Counted from the first letter of the stretch, positions 28,582-38,332 are shown. The stretch is 64,000 nt of DNA from Chthoniobacteraceae bacterium (GCA_040081625.1 JBEBGD010000006.1:32001-96000); one strand, 5' to 3'. The notes: generated from the sequence alone by a model not told the origin. Numbers and translations are program-made.

Positions 28582-29436
28582 TCAGCGGGACGCAGACGCT
28601 GCCAGGAAGTGCGCCATCAGCGCGGTGCGCGCGTCGTCGTAGAACTCCGGCCCGCCGTGTTTGCCGCCGCGGACGACCTCGAGTTGCACGGGGCGATTCG
28701 CCGCTTCGTAGGCGCGCTGGAGTTCGAGCGATTGCTCGAAGGGCATCTGCGGATCGGCGTCGCCGTGGATAAGCAGCAGCGGCGGGTCGTTCGCGTCGAT
28801 GTGTGCGACGGGGCTGGCGAGGCGCGCGAGTTGCGGCTTCTCCGCGGGTTGTCCGCCGAGCAGGAGTTGAAGGGCGGGGACGCGGACGCTCAGCCCGTGC
28901 GGCGTGCTCTGCCCCAGGATGGTTTCGAGATTCGACGCGCCATAGAGACCGATGATCGCCTGCACGTCGCTCGACGCGGATGTGATGCCGACCGAGCCTT
29001 CGAGTTCCTTCACGCCATTCGTCACGCCGACGACCGCCGCGAGGTGCCCGCCGGCGGAGCTGCCGGCGATGGCGATGCGCGTGGCGTCGATCTTGAAGTC
29101 GGCGGCGCGTGCGCGCAGGAAACGGATCGCGGCCTTGATGTCGTGCGCCTGCGCAGGGAACGGCGCAGCGGTCGAAAGTCGGTAGTCCACACTCGCGACC
29201 GCGAAGCCTCGCGCGACGAGCTTCCCGAGCGGCATGTCGCTCCTCGACCCCGCGCGCCACGCGCCGCCGTGGACATAGACGATGAGCGGCTGCTTCGCCG
29301 GCACGTCCGCCGGCGGAAGGTGCAGGTCGAGCTTGAGCGAATGTTCAGCGACGCGGGCGAACTCGATGTCGCGAACGACACCCGCGTCGGCGTGCGCGAT
29401 GCATGCGAGTGCTGTGAGGATGGCGATGAGCTTCAC
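28582..29436 (-). CDS. Secreted alpha/beta hydrolase (esterase/lipase)
   Basis: Signal peptide from GTG 29436; HGGAW, GSSAGGHL, HGDAD, GKHG. Confidence 0.88.
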   Translation of the reverse strand: MKLIAILTALACIAHADAGVVRDIEFARVAEHSLKLDLHLPPADVPAKQPLIVYVHGGAWRAGSRSDMPLGKLVARGFAVASVDYRLSTAAPFPAQAHDIKAAIRFLRARAADFKIDATRIAIAGSSAGGHLAAVVGVTNGVKELEGSVGITSASSDVQAIIGLYGASNLETILGQSTPHGLSVRVPALQLLLGGQPAEKPQLARLASPVAHIDANDPPLLLIHGDADPQMPFEQSLELQRAYEAANRPVQLEVVRGGKHGGPEFYDDARTALMAHFLAASASR

Positions 29437-30437
29437 GTGTGGGAGAGCTTTGCGGCGAGCCGCACCGCTGCGAACAGGCTCCCCGCATTCGCCTTCCCCT
29501 GCCACGCGATGTCGAGCGCGGTGCCGTGATCGACGCTCGTGCGGATGATCGGCAGACCGAGCGTCGTGTTCACCGCGGAGTCGAAGGCGAGCGCCTTCAC
29601 CGGGATGTGGCCCTGATCGTGATACATGCAGATGAATGCGTCGGTCGCCTTCCGCTTCCATGGCAGGAACGCCGTGTCCGGTGGCAGCGGGCCTTCGACA
29701 TCGTGGCCCGCCGCGCGCGCGGCTTCGATCGCCGGGATGATGATCCGCTCCTCTTCGCGGTCTCCGAATAGTCCGTGCTCACCCGCGTGCGGATTGAGTC
29801 CGCACACGACCATCTTCGGTGCGCGCCCGCGGATGCGCTGGAGCGCCGCGGCCGTCAGCTCGATCACGTCGAGGATGCGTTCGCGCGTGAGCAGCGCGGG
29901 CACTTCGCGGTAGCCGACGTGGACGGTGACGAACGTGCAGGTGATCTCTTCCGAATACTGCATCATGCACGAGCGCGCGGCATTCGTGCGCGCGGCGAAA
30001 ATCTCGGTGTGCCCCGGAAACTTGATACCCGCGAGGCTCATCGCTTCCTTGTTCAACGGTCCGGTGGTGACTGCGGCGACCTGCCCGGCAAGCGCGGCGT
30101 CGATCGCCTGCTCCACGCAAGCAAACGCCGCGCGGCCCGTCGCGGCATTGATGGCGCCGGGCGTGAACGCGTCGAGGCTGATGACGCCGAGGTCGAGCAT
30201 GGCCGGTTGCGTGACGGTCGCGAAACCGCGTGTCCACTCGTCCGGCGTGAGTATCGGCGCATCGAAAGGCAGCCCCGTCTTTCCCGCGCATGCGCGGAGC
30301 ACAGCCGCGTCGCCGAAGACGATCGGCGTGCAGAGTCGTGCGAGTTCGACATTCCCAAGCAGGCGCAGGCACAACTCCGGCCCGACCCCGGCGGGGTCGC
30401 CCATCGTGATCGCGATGCGTGGAAGTAGTCCGGTCAT
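29433..30437 (-). CDS. pdxA: 4-hydroxythreonine-4-phosphate dehydrogenase
   Basis: ITMGDPAGVGPE, GHTE, GLNPHAGE, PPDTAF, MYHDQG, RTSVDHGTA. Confidence 0.95.
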   Translation of the reverse strand: MTGLLPRIAITMGDPAGVGPELCLRLLGNVELARLCTPIVFGDAAVLRACAGKTGLPFDAPILTPDEWTRGFATVTQPAMLDLGVISLDAFTPGAINAATGRAAFACVEQAIDAALAGQVAAVTTGPLNKEAMSLAGIKFPGHTEIFAARTNAARSCMMQYSEEITCTFVTVHVGYREVPALLTRERILDVIELTAAALQRIRGRAPKMVVCGLNPHAGEHGLFGDREEERIIIPAIEAARAAGHDVEGPLPPDTAFLPWKRKATDAFICMYHDQGHIPVKALAFDSAVNTTLGLPIIRTSVDHGTALDIAWQGKANAGSLFAAVRLAAKLSHT

Positions 30438-30448
30438 GATGTGGAAAA

Positions 30449-30473
30449 TGGTCGGGGCGACAGGATTCGAACC
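30449..30473 (-). other. att site: 3' 25-bp fragment of tRNA-Pro
   Basis: Minus strand GGTTCGAATCCTGTCGCCCCGACCA = T-loop, T-stem, acceptor 3' strand and CCA of tRNA-Pro type. Adjacent sequence does not complete a tRNA. Confidence 0.85.
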
Positions 30474-30772
30474 GGGGCTGGGGATTGTTGGCGATTCTCG
30501 CAAATCGATGCGGATGCTGATGGATAGAGGCTTTTCAGCCGGTCAGTGAAATCGTGCTCGTTGGTCATTATTGCAAATTATTGGTGTTCGACTGTCCGAT
30601 TCTGTCACGCGTTTACCTGGTGCTGTCACGGAAGAAGGGGGGTGCAATCGGTTAGCGGAAGCGGCAGTGCGGCGGCACGAGTCTTCGGGCGTTACAACCG
30701 TTAGCCGCTGCTTCGAGCAAACACCGCTGAGTTTCGGTTTGCGAGTCTCTCCGATTCGAGTTGCTGTCGGAC

Positions 30773-31780
30773 ATGCCCCGTCCAAGAGCCAGTGTTCGTC
30801 TCACCAAAACTCAGCAATTCTCCAGGCCGCCTTTGGCGCGAATGCTCCAGCTTCATCAGCAGTTGCAAGCTGGGCGGTTCCCGAACTGCCGCAAGCTGGC
30901 TGACGAACTGGAGGTTTCGAGCAAGACCATTCAGCGGGACATCGAGTTCATGCGGTATCAACTCGGACTGCCGATCGAATACGACCAACTCCACTTTGGC
31001 TTCTTCTACACGGAACCGGTGACTCACTTCCCGAGCATCGAGGTGTCCGAAGGCGAAATCGTCGCTCTTTTCGTCGCGCAGAAGGCGCTGGGGCAATATC
31101 GCGGAACGTCTTTCGAGAAACCGCTGAAAGTGGCGTTTCAAAAGATCGCCGACGGGTTGCAGGACAAAGTGGCGTTCCAGTGGAGCGACCTTGAATCTTC
31201 CATTTCGTTCCGCGGCCTCGGAACGACCATCGCGGATTTGGAGATGTTCGAGACGGTCAGCAGTGCGGTGCTCAAATCCCACGAGATCACGTTCGAGTAT
31301 CGGAAACTCGGCAGCAACACCTACGAGGCGCGGCGAGTGCAGCCCTACCATCTCGGCTGCATTGACCAGCAATGGTATCTTTTCGCTCACGATCTCGCGC
31401 GCAAGCAACTGCGGACCTTCGTGCTCTCGCGGATGCGCAAGGTCCAGAATACCCGGACGCGATTTCACCGACCGGCGGACTTTTCGATCAGTAAGCACCT
31501 CGGCGATAGCCTCGGCGTGTTCACGGCGAAAGGTCGCGTCAAAGTGCGCGTCCGCTTCGATGACTTCGCCGCTCGTCTCGTTAGCGAGCGCCTGTGGCAC
31601 AACTCGCAGCGCATCCGAGACCTTGGCGACGGCGCGATTGAGCTGAGTCTTGAACTGGCGAGTCTCGAAGAAGTCGAACGCTGGATTCTGAGTTGGGGCG
31701 CGCACGCTCGCGTGCTCGAACCCGTCGCGTTGCAAAATCTCGTTCGCTCTGCGGCGGAAGGTGTGCTCGCGGCATACTGA
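30773..31780 (+). CDS. WYL-domain transcriptional regulator (HTH + WYL + WCX)
   Basis: HTH LADELEVSSKTIQRDIEFM; RRVQPYHL...WYLFAHD...RTFVLSRM; WILSWG...VLEP. Confidence 0.93.
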   Translation: MPRPRASVRLTKTQQFSRPPLARMLQLHQQLQAGRFPNCRKLADELEVSSKTIQRDIEFMRYQLGLPIEYDQLHFGFFYTEPVTHFPSIEVSEGEIVALFVAQKALGQYRGTSFEKPLKVAFQKIADGLQDKVAFQWSDLESSISFRGLGTTIADLEMFETVSSAVLKSHEITFEYRKLGSNTYEARRVQPYHLGCIDQQWYLFAHDLARKQLRTFVLSRMRKVQNTRTRFHRPADFSISKHLGDSLGVFTAKGRVKVRVRFDDFAARLVSERLWHNSQRIRDLGDGAIELSLELASLEEVERWILSWGAHARVLEPVALQNLVRSAAEGVLAAY

Positions 31781-31814
31781 CGGCCTGACGCGAGATTTTT
31801 CATAAAAGATGACC

Positions 31815-31851
31815 GGTAGGACGGCGATTGTCCCACCACCGGTGCTACGGT
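31815..31851 (+). promoter_or_regulatory. Putative WYL-factor operator plus -10 box of a leaderless promoter
   Basis: Inverted repeat GGTAGGAC-N7-GTCCCACC (one mismatch), then TACGGT ending 6 nt before ATG 31858; no Shine-Dalgarno. Confidence 0.5.
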
Positions 31852-31857
31852 TCCGGC

Positions 31858-32805
31858 ATGAACCTGAATCAGATCTCCATCGCCGGCCCCTACACGCACG
31901 ACAACCTCAGCATGTATTTGCTGCTCGGCAGCGACACATTCGACGGCAATCGCTTCATTCCTCTCGACGACGCGCTGGAGCAGAAATGCGTCGTGGTTCA
32001 CGAAACCGGCAACGTCGGGGAGCTTGAAGTGGAGAATCTTTCCGAGTTTTTCGACCTCTACATTCAGGCCGGTGACGTGGTGAAGGGCGGACGCCAGGAT
32101 CGCACGCTGGGCGTGGATTTTGTCCTGCCTGCAAAATCCGGGCGCGTGCCGATCCCATCATTCTGCGTCGAGAGCGGCCGTTGGCACCGACGGGCTGCGG
32201 AGGAGGCTGGCTCGTTCTCCAGCTCAAAATCGTATCTTTCGAGCAAGAAGCTGCGCATGGCCGCGAAGCTCAGCAAGAGCCAGGGCGAAGTCTGGCAGAA
32301 AGTTGCCGAAACGCAGGAGGACTTGAGCGAGAGCCTCGACAAGCCGCTCTACGCGGCTGCTTCGCCGACGAGCTACCAGTTGACGGTCGAGGACGAAGAC
32401 CTGCAAAAGCGCAAGGAGACCTACCGCACGGCATTCGCGAAAATCCTCGACGACCAGCCACGCGCGGTCGGCTACGCGTTCGTGATCAACGGCGCGATCA
32501 ACACCGCCGACGCCTACGGGTCCGGCGCGCTGTTTCGGAAGTTGTGGAGCAAGCTGCTCGATGCCGCGGTGCTGGAAGCCATCGGTGAGCTTCGCAGAAA
32601 GTCGGAAACCCCGCAGACCCCAGTAACCTCAGACGTGATCCAGCAATGGTTCGTCGAGGCGGAACGCGCCGGCATCTCCGGGCAGCAGGAAGTCCCGCCG
32701 CGCGTGCGCGTGGACACACGGCGCGGCGAAAAGACCATCGTGTTCGATACGTGCGACCACGGGTTCAACGACGCCGTGCTCCACAAGAATCTCGTCACGA
32801 ACTGA
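31858..32805 (+). CDS. ARPP-1 / DUF6569-like protein
   Basis: ETGNVGELEVEN, GDVVKGGRQDR, SFCVESGRW, QGEVW, AVGYAFVING...ADAY...LF.KLW.KLL. Confidence 0.75.
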   Translation: MNLNQISIAGPYTHDNLSMYLLLGSDTFDGNRFIPLDDALEQKCVVVHETGNVGELEVENLSEFFDLYIQAGDVVKGGRQDRTLGVDFVLPAKSGRVPIPSFCVESGRWHRRAAEEAGSFSSSKSYLSSKKLRMAAKLSKSQGEVWQKVAETQEDLSESLDKPLYAAASPTSYQLTVEDEDLQKRKETYRTAFAKILDDQPRAVGYAFVINGAINTADAYGSGALFRKLWSKLLDAAVLEAIGELRRKSETPQTPVTSDVIQQWFVEAERAGISGQQEVPPRVRVDTRRGEKTIVFDTCDHGFNDAVLHKNLVTN

Positions 32806-32824
32806 ACCAACGAAATCTTCCACC

Positions 32825-33799
32825 ATGCCGCGATTGAACAATCTCAATGACGTCCTGTTCCCCGTAGCCGAGCACCCGGTCTTCGTCAGCGTGCCCGATG
32901 GCGACAGCGAGCGCCGCGTGTCTGTGCCGGAAAAGAAGGCCATCGTGAACATGACGCGCAACCGCGTGCTCGGCATCGTCAGCCGCGACTACCGGCTCGT
33001 GAGCAATCGAGAGGCGCTCGACTGGGCCGCTCAATGCTGCCGCACCGTCTTCCCCGAGACGCAATCCGCCGAGTGGGACGTGAGCGCGACTGATGCGCCC
33101 TCCACCGGCGGCCACTGCACCATTGACCTCAAGCACAACTCCACCGCACTCGACTTCAGCTTCGTGCCGCCGCACCAGCGCCCCGAGGCGTTCGGCCCAT
33201 TCATCCGCGTGACCAACAGCTACAACGGACTTCGCGCACTCGGCTTCGACATCGGGTTCTTCCGGAAGGTCTGCAAAAACGGCATGATCGTCCCCGGCAC
33301 GATCATCCAATTCAAATTCACGCACCTCCGCCGCGATCTCGGCGAGACGATCACCTTCGACGTGGCGCGCGACCGCCTGGCGAAAGTGAAAAGCAGCTTC
33401 AGCGAATATCTCGGCGCGCTCAGCGATTGCACCGTCGCACACGCCGACTTCGCGCCGATGCTCATGGCCGTCATGCGCATCAAAGCGCCCGCCCCGCTTG
33501 AGCCCGAGAGCACCGAGGCCACCGAGTGGACCGCACTCGACGCCCACATCCACGAGATCGCCGACCGCTACTTCCACGAACTCGGCGGCAACGCCTACGC
33601 CGTCTTCAACACCATCACTGACTTCGCCTCGCACCCGCCCGCGAACCGCCTGCTGCACCGCGACCGCCACAGCCTCCAGCGCCGCGCCGGTCTTTGGCTC
33701 GCCGATTTCAGCCAAAAATGCCGCCAGCCCGACTTCGCCATTCGCGCCTACGTCGAGAAACTGAACCTCAACCCCGACATCGAAGCCTCTCTCTCGTGA
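32825..33799 (+). CDS. DUF932-domain mobile-element protein
   Basis: LGIVSRDYRLVSN, NSYNG...RKVCKNGM, NAYAVFNTITD. Confidence 0.8.
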   Translation: MPRLNNLNDVLFPVAEHPVFVSVPDGDSERRVSVPEKKAIVNMTRNRVLGIVSRDYRLVSNREALDWAAQCCRTVFPETQSAEWDVSATDAPSTGGHCTIDLKHNSTALDFSFVPPHQRPEAFGPFIRVTNSYNGLRALGFDIGFFRKVCKNGMIVPGTIIQFKFTHLRRDLGETITFDVARDRLAKVKSSFSEYLGALSDCTVAHADFAPMLMAVMRIKAPAPLEPESTEATEWTALDAHIHEIADRYFHELGGNAYAVFNTITDFASHPPANRLLHRDRHSLQRRAGLWLADFSQKCRQPDFAIRAYVEKLNLNPDIEASLS

Positions 33800-33879
33800 G
33801 CAGCCCCAGCGCGCATGGACAGCTTGACGTTTCCGGTGAATCCGGGCGCACTCCTGCTCGCACGGCTACCGTCTTTGAA

Positions 33880-35994
33880 ATGGCCCCGACGTCTCTCCGC
33901 AATTTGATGCTGCCGCCGGCAGCAAACGGTCATCCTGAGAATCTAAATCGGGAGCTACTAGCGTCCCTTTTTGCCGTCCCTCAAAGCGTCGTCTTGATTT
34001 GCTCTGAGCCAAACCCCGTGCGCCTCGCCCAGCTCACCCTTGGGCTTGGCGCGTTCGTGCGCGACGACACCGATCTCACTTTGCTCGTCGCGGTTGATGA
34101 CGATGCAGAGAATTCCTCCGCGTCGGAGAAACTGCGGCAGACATGGCGGGCCGCACTCGACAGCGAACCCGTGGCGCGGCGGCTCTCGCTCTACCGATTG
34201 TTCGCGGAAAAGAATCGGCTTCGGATTCTCTTTCGTTCGACAGCGGCGCGGGGAGAAAGCAACGCGCTGCATCTCCACCTCGCGGAATCGCCCGCCATCG
34301 CGCTCCTGTCCGACGCGGCAGGGACGCAGGTGGAGCTGATGTGGAAAATGCTGCTGACCTTCGACACTCGCGAAGATGTCGCGGCAGAACTTCGCTGGTC
34401 GTTCGGAGATCCGATGCAACGTGTTGAGCAACTCAGGTCCGCACTCATAAAGATCGCAGACGAACCATCCGCCGATCCTCAAGCCGAGACGACCTTGTCC
34501 GAACTCATCGCCGCGTTGCCGCTGCCGCCCTTGCCCTGGGAGGAAACATTCGATCTCCAGACCGATACCGGCGTCAGGTTATTTCCTCACCAACGAACCG
34601 CCGTCGATACGTGGTTTGAAAACGGCCGCCACGGGATCTTCAAAATGTGCACCGGCGCCGGAAAGACAATTGCGGCACTGGCCGCCGTGTCGGAATCCGC
34701 AAAGAAAGCGACGGAAGCCGGCGGAAAGCCGCTGCCGGTAATCGTGTCGGTGCCGACGCGTGTCCTTGCGGATCAGTGGTGTCGCGAGATCGAGCGATTC
34801 GGATTCTCGCAACCGCTCAGGGCTTACAACGCCAAGCAAACGTGGCATCCGAAGCTGCGCGCCATGCTTCGCGCTTCCAATGGCGCGCTCCCAAACTTTG
34901 TTGTCTCCACTTACTGCACATTTGGCAACGAGGCGTTCGTCGCGATCGTGAAACAACTCGAGCAGGAGGGACAACGCTGTCTTTGGATCGCAGACGAAAT
35001 GCACAATCTCGCTTCGACTCGTCTGCTCGACCAAATGGACGACCTCGGTGGTTATTTCACCGAACGCATCGGGCTGAGTGCGACGCCGGAAATTGAAAAT
35101 GAAGGCGCAAAGACTCGGCGTATGTTTCAGTTTTTCGAGGATGGTCGGCAGACCACCTGTGGCCATTACGAGCTGGCGGACGGCATCCGTGATGGAGTGC
35201 TATGTCGCTACCGCTACTATCCGTTTCCTCAATACCTCCAACCGGAGAACAGCGAGAAATTCATGGCGATCCTCAACGACTTGGAACAGCAGGAGGCGTC
35301 CGGACGAATCGACATCAACCTCTACCGCCAAAAGCGTGAAATCGTCCGCACGTCTGGCGTTCAGGTGGAAGCATTTCGCAGGCTCCTCCAGAACTTCCTG
35401 CGGGACGGAAAACAGACGCTTCGCCACACGCTCATCTATTGCCCGCCGGGTTACGGCACGAGCGGCAGCGAGTTAGACGCATCGGCGTCTGACGACGCAG
35501 CCGATGAGCGTGATGAAGACCGTTTGCTAACGGAGGTCGTTCAAATCCTAAGAGCGCACGACATCACAGTAGGCAGCATTATCGGTGAGACGCCACAGCA
35601 CGAGCGAAACGACATTCTCCGCGATTTCCGCTCTGGAGACATTCAAGTGCTCTGCGCGGTCGCGTGTCTCGATGAGGGCGTGGATGTGCCAGACATCCGC
35701 CGCGCGATTGTTCTCTACAGCGTGAACCGGGAGAAGCAGTTCATCCAGCGGCGGGGGCGCATCCTCCGGAGGCACCCGACCGATACTGGAAAAGTCGCGG
35801 AGATTCACGATGTCCTCATTCTCCCGCAGGGAAGCACCTTGCCGCCGTCCAGAGCAGACGAGCTGCTGAAGCGCGAGATGCGCCGCTACCACCATTTTGC
35901 CGGATTGTCCGAGAACCGCGCGGAAGCTGACGGCTTCCTCGAAATCGCACTGCGCGGAGCTGCACAGCCGGTGGCTGCGACGGTGCAAATCTGA
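33880..35994 (+). CDS. SF2 helicase, dnd-associated restriction-enzyme type (PbeA-like), copy 1
   Basis: LFPHQ, MCTGAGKT, IADEMHN, IGLSATP, CLDEGVDVP, QFIQRRGRILR. Alternative start GTG 33796 overlaps the DUF932 stop. Confidence 0.85.
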   Translation: MAPTSLRNLMLPPAANGHPENLNRELLASLFAVPQSVVLICSEPNPVRLAQLTLGLGAFVRDDTDLTLLVAVDDDAENSSASEKLRQTWRAALDSEPVARRLSLYRLFAEKNRLRILFRSTAARGESNALHLHLAESPAIALLSDAAGTQVELMWKMLLTFDTREDVAAELRWSFGDPMQRVEQLRSALIKIADEPSADPQAETTLSELIAALPLPPLPWEETFDLQTDTGVRLFPHQRTAVDTWFENGRHGIFKMCTGAGKTIAALAAVSESAKKATEAGGKPLPVIVSVPTRVLADQWCREIERFGFSQPLRAYNAKQTWHPKLRAMLRASNGALPNFVVSTYCTFGNEAFVAIVKQLEQEGQRCLWIADEMHNLASTRLLDQMDDLGGYFTERIGLSATPEIENEGAKTRRMFQFFEDGRQTTCGHYELADGIRDGVLCRYRYYPFPQYLQPENSEKFMAILNDLEQQEASGRIDINLYRQKREIVRTSGVQVEAFRRLLQNFLRDGKQTLRHTLIYCPPGYGTSGSELDASASDDAADERDEDRLLTEVVQILRAHDITVGSIIGETPQHERNDILRDFRSGDIQVLCAVACLDEGVDVPDIRRAIVLYSVNREKQFIQRRGRILRRHPTDTGKVAEIHDVLILPQGSTLPPSRADELLKREMRRYHHFAGLSENRAEADGFLEIALRGAAQPVAATVQI

Positions 35995-36001
35995 AACCAC
36001 T

Positions 36002-36190
36002 ATGCCACGCAAGACTGACGACGAAATGAACCTGAGCGAACTGGAGGAACTGCTCGAGAAGAGTCCGCCAGCGATCAGGCAGCTCTTCGTAAAAGCCATC
36101 AACATTTATGCCGACCCGATGAAGAACGCGGAGGACGACGATCAGAAGCGTGACGCACTCCAAGCCGCCATCGAACAAACGGCGAAGTAA
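36002..36190 (+). CDS. Small helical protein associated with CxC ATPase (PbeB-like), copy 1
   Basis: 62 aa MPRKTDDEMNLSELEELL..., packed 7 bp from each neighbour, between helicase and ATPase. Confidence 0.65.
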   Translation: MPRKTDDEMNLSELEELLEKSPPAIRQLFVKAINIYADPMKNAEDDDQKRDALQAAIEQTAK

Positions 36191-36197
36191 CTCGGCC

Positions 36198-38330
36198 ATG
36201 CTAATCCGAAAAATCACTTTGAAGCACTTCCTGACTCTCTACGGGGAGCAGACTATTCAGTTTCCGGAAACAAGCGGGCATTCAACAGCGGTCATCCTTG
36301 GGCCGAACAACAGCGGCAAGAGCAGCTTCGTCAAAGCTCTTCAATTTCTGCTCCACGCGCGCTTGCCCGGTTGCAACGAGGACACCGCCTGGCTGCTGAT
36401 CAACAACCGCCATAGAGAGGAGACGGGCGTCCAGGCCGAGATTACCGCGAGTGTCACCGCCACGTTCGCGTTTGGTGGCAACGAACTGACCATTCGGCGC
36501 ACCGTGCGCTCGCGACGCACAGGAGCGACCGAAGACAGTTTCGGCGACGCCGAGATCACCTTCAGTTACCTCCAAAGCACCGAGACGAACAGCAAGTTCG
36601 TCGCGGATTCTGATCATACAATTCAGCGCAAGATTTCGGTTCTCTGCCCAGACACACTGCTCGAAGCGTTCTTCTTCTCGGGCGAGCCCCTTGACGGGAA
36701 GCTGCTCAAAGGCGTGCAGCAAGTGCGCGAGTCATTGGAGGAATATCTCAGCATCCGTCAATGGCGCGACGCAGCCGAGGCCGCGCGCGAGTTGCGCACC
36801 CATTACGCGGGCGAGAAGCAGAAGCTCGCGCAGAAGCACCGCGAGTTGGATACGATTCTCCGTGACGAGGCGAATCTCCAAACGCGAATCGACGAAAAGA
36901 GGCGTCTGAAAACCCAGACCGACGCGACGCTGATCGACATGCGCGAAGCTCTTGAAGAAAAGCAGGCGGCAATTCTCGGCATCGCCAACCAAAACCAAAT
37001 GCGGGCCGACGTGGAAGAGCGCGACCGCCTGAACCTCCAACTCAAGACGCACGAGCAATCGCACGAAAATGCAAAAGGCGAGATTTGCGAGGCGGTCGGC
37101 AGGTCAGCCGGCTATCCATTCCTGCTTCGCTTCGCGGGCAAGGCCCAGAAGATCCTCAGCCGCCTGCAAGAGGAAAATGTTCTCCCGGCCGATCTATCCA
37201 GCGGATTCGTGAACCGTGTGGTGAAAATGAAGAAGTGCATCTGTAAGCGCGATCACACTGACGAGACGCGCGCTGCCTGGCACGAATACTTGGAGAAGGC
37301 ACTGAGAGCCGATGTCGGGACAAAGCTGGCCACCTTGAGCGCACGGGTTGATCCGAACGCTCCAAATTGTCTCCAACGAAACGTGGCAGAAATCGCGGCG
37401 CAGATCATTGACGCCCGCGACCGTGCAGAGGCGGACATCGTGGCCAGACACAACCTGGAAGGCAGCATTGCCGTCCTGACTCAGCGGATACAAGAAAGCC
37501 CAATCGAGGAGTTACGCCGCCTCGAAATAGACCGGCGGAAGTTGGATGTATCGGTCAAGGAGACTGGGAAGCGGATCGAAACCCTCGAAGACGAGTTGAA
37601 GTCACTCGTTGCGACGCTGAAGAAGAAGAAAGAGGAGCGCGCAAAGATGAAGATTAGCCCCGACGTCGAGCGGCGTGTGCGGGAACTCGAGCGATACCAG
37701 ACGATGGCCGATGGGCTCGCGGATTTTATCGACCAGGCAATCGAGGCTCTCCGCCGCCAATTCCACAAGAATCTGCAAGAGGCGATGACCGAGATGTATG
37801 ACGAGCATGTGACCGACCAAACCATCGCTCTTATCAACCACACGACGCTTCTCCCAACGATCATGCAAAACGGACGACGCGTAACCAACCTCGGTGGCGG
37901 GCAGAGCCAGCTTCTTGGCCTTGGATACATCACGGCTGTGGCCCGGTTGCGAAACGCACTTCATGAAGGGATGAGCCAACTCGGAATCAGACTCGGCGTT
38001 GTGGGAGAGCAGGCGTTTGTCCTCGACTGTCCGTTCTCGGGCATGGAGCAGCATTATATCGAGGCCGCAGTGAAGGGACTTTGTTCTGCGGCAAAGCAGA
38101 CCGTGTTTCTACTTCATGGTTCGCAGTGGTTGGCGGCGAGGAAGCTGTTGGAGCCCGTCACAAAAACGGCCTGGGGCGTCCATATGCACGCTCCTAGTGC
38201 AGTGATTGAGAAACTGAAACCCGAGGATCGCACCTACCCCTTTCGCGGGAAGGACACGGTTCTCGCCAGCGTCAGCCGCGCTGGCGGTGAAGCGATCTAC
38301 TCTGAACTCGAACCTCTGAAGGGAGCGTAA
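36198..38330 (+). CDS. Rad50/SMC-like ABC ATPase with CxC zinc hook (PbeC/DndD-like), copy 1
   Basis: Walker A GPNNSGKS, FFFSGE, coiled coils around CICKR, signature-like LGGGQ, Walker B FVLDCPF. Confidence 0.85.
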   Translation: MLIRKITLKHFLTLYGEQTIQFPETSGHSTAVILGPNNSGKSSFVKALQFLLHARLPGCNEDTAWLLINNRHREETGVQAEITASVTATFAFGGNELTIRRTVRSRRTGATEDSFGDAEITFSYLQSTETNSKFVADSDHTIQRKISVLCPDTLLEAFFFSGEPLDGKLLKGVQQVRESLEEYLSIRQWRDAAEAARELRTHYAGEKQKLAQKHRELDTILRDEANLQTRIDEKRRLKTQTDATLIDMREALEEKQAAILGIANQNQMRADVEERDRLNLQLKTHEQSHENAKGEICEAVGRSAGYPFLLRFAGKAQKILSRLQEENVLPADLSSGFVNRVVKMKKCICKRDHTDETRAAWHEYLEKALRADVGTKLATLSARVDPNAPNCLQRNVAEIAAQIIDARDRAEADIVARHNLEGSIAVLTQRIQESPIEELRRLEIDRRKLDVSVKETGKRIETLEDELKSLVATLKKKKEERAKMKISPDVERRVRELERYQTMADGLADFIDQAIEALRRQFHKNLQEAMTEMYDEHVTDQTIALINHTTLLPTIMQNGRRVTNLGGGQSQLLGLGYITAVARLRNALHEGMSQLGIRLGVVGEQAFVLDCPFSGMEQHYIEAAVKGLCSAAKQTVFLLHGSQWLAARKLLEPVTKTAWGVHMHAPSAVIEKLKPEDRTYPFRGKDTVLASVSRAGGEAIYSELEPLKGA

Positions 38331-38332
38331 CT

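Noticed and set aside
30438..30530. Complete tRNA-Pro gene
   Set aside because: Only the last 25 nt match; no anticodon arm, D-arm or 5' acceptor strand.
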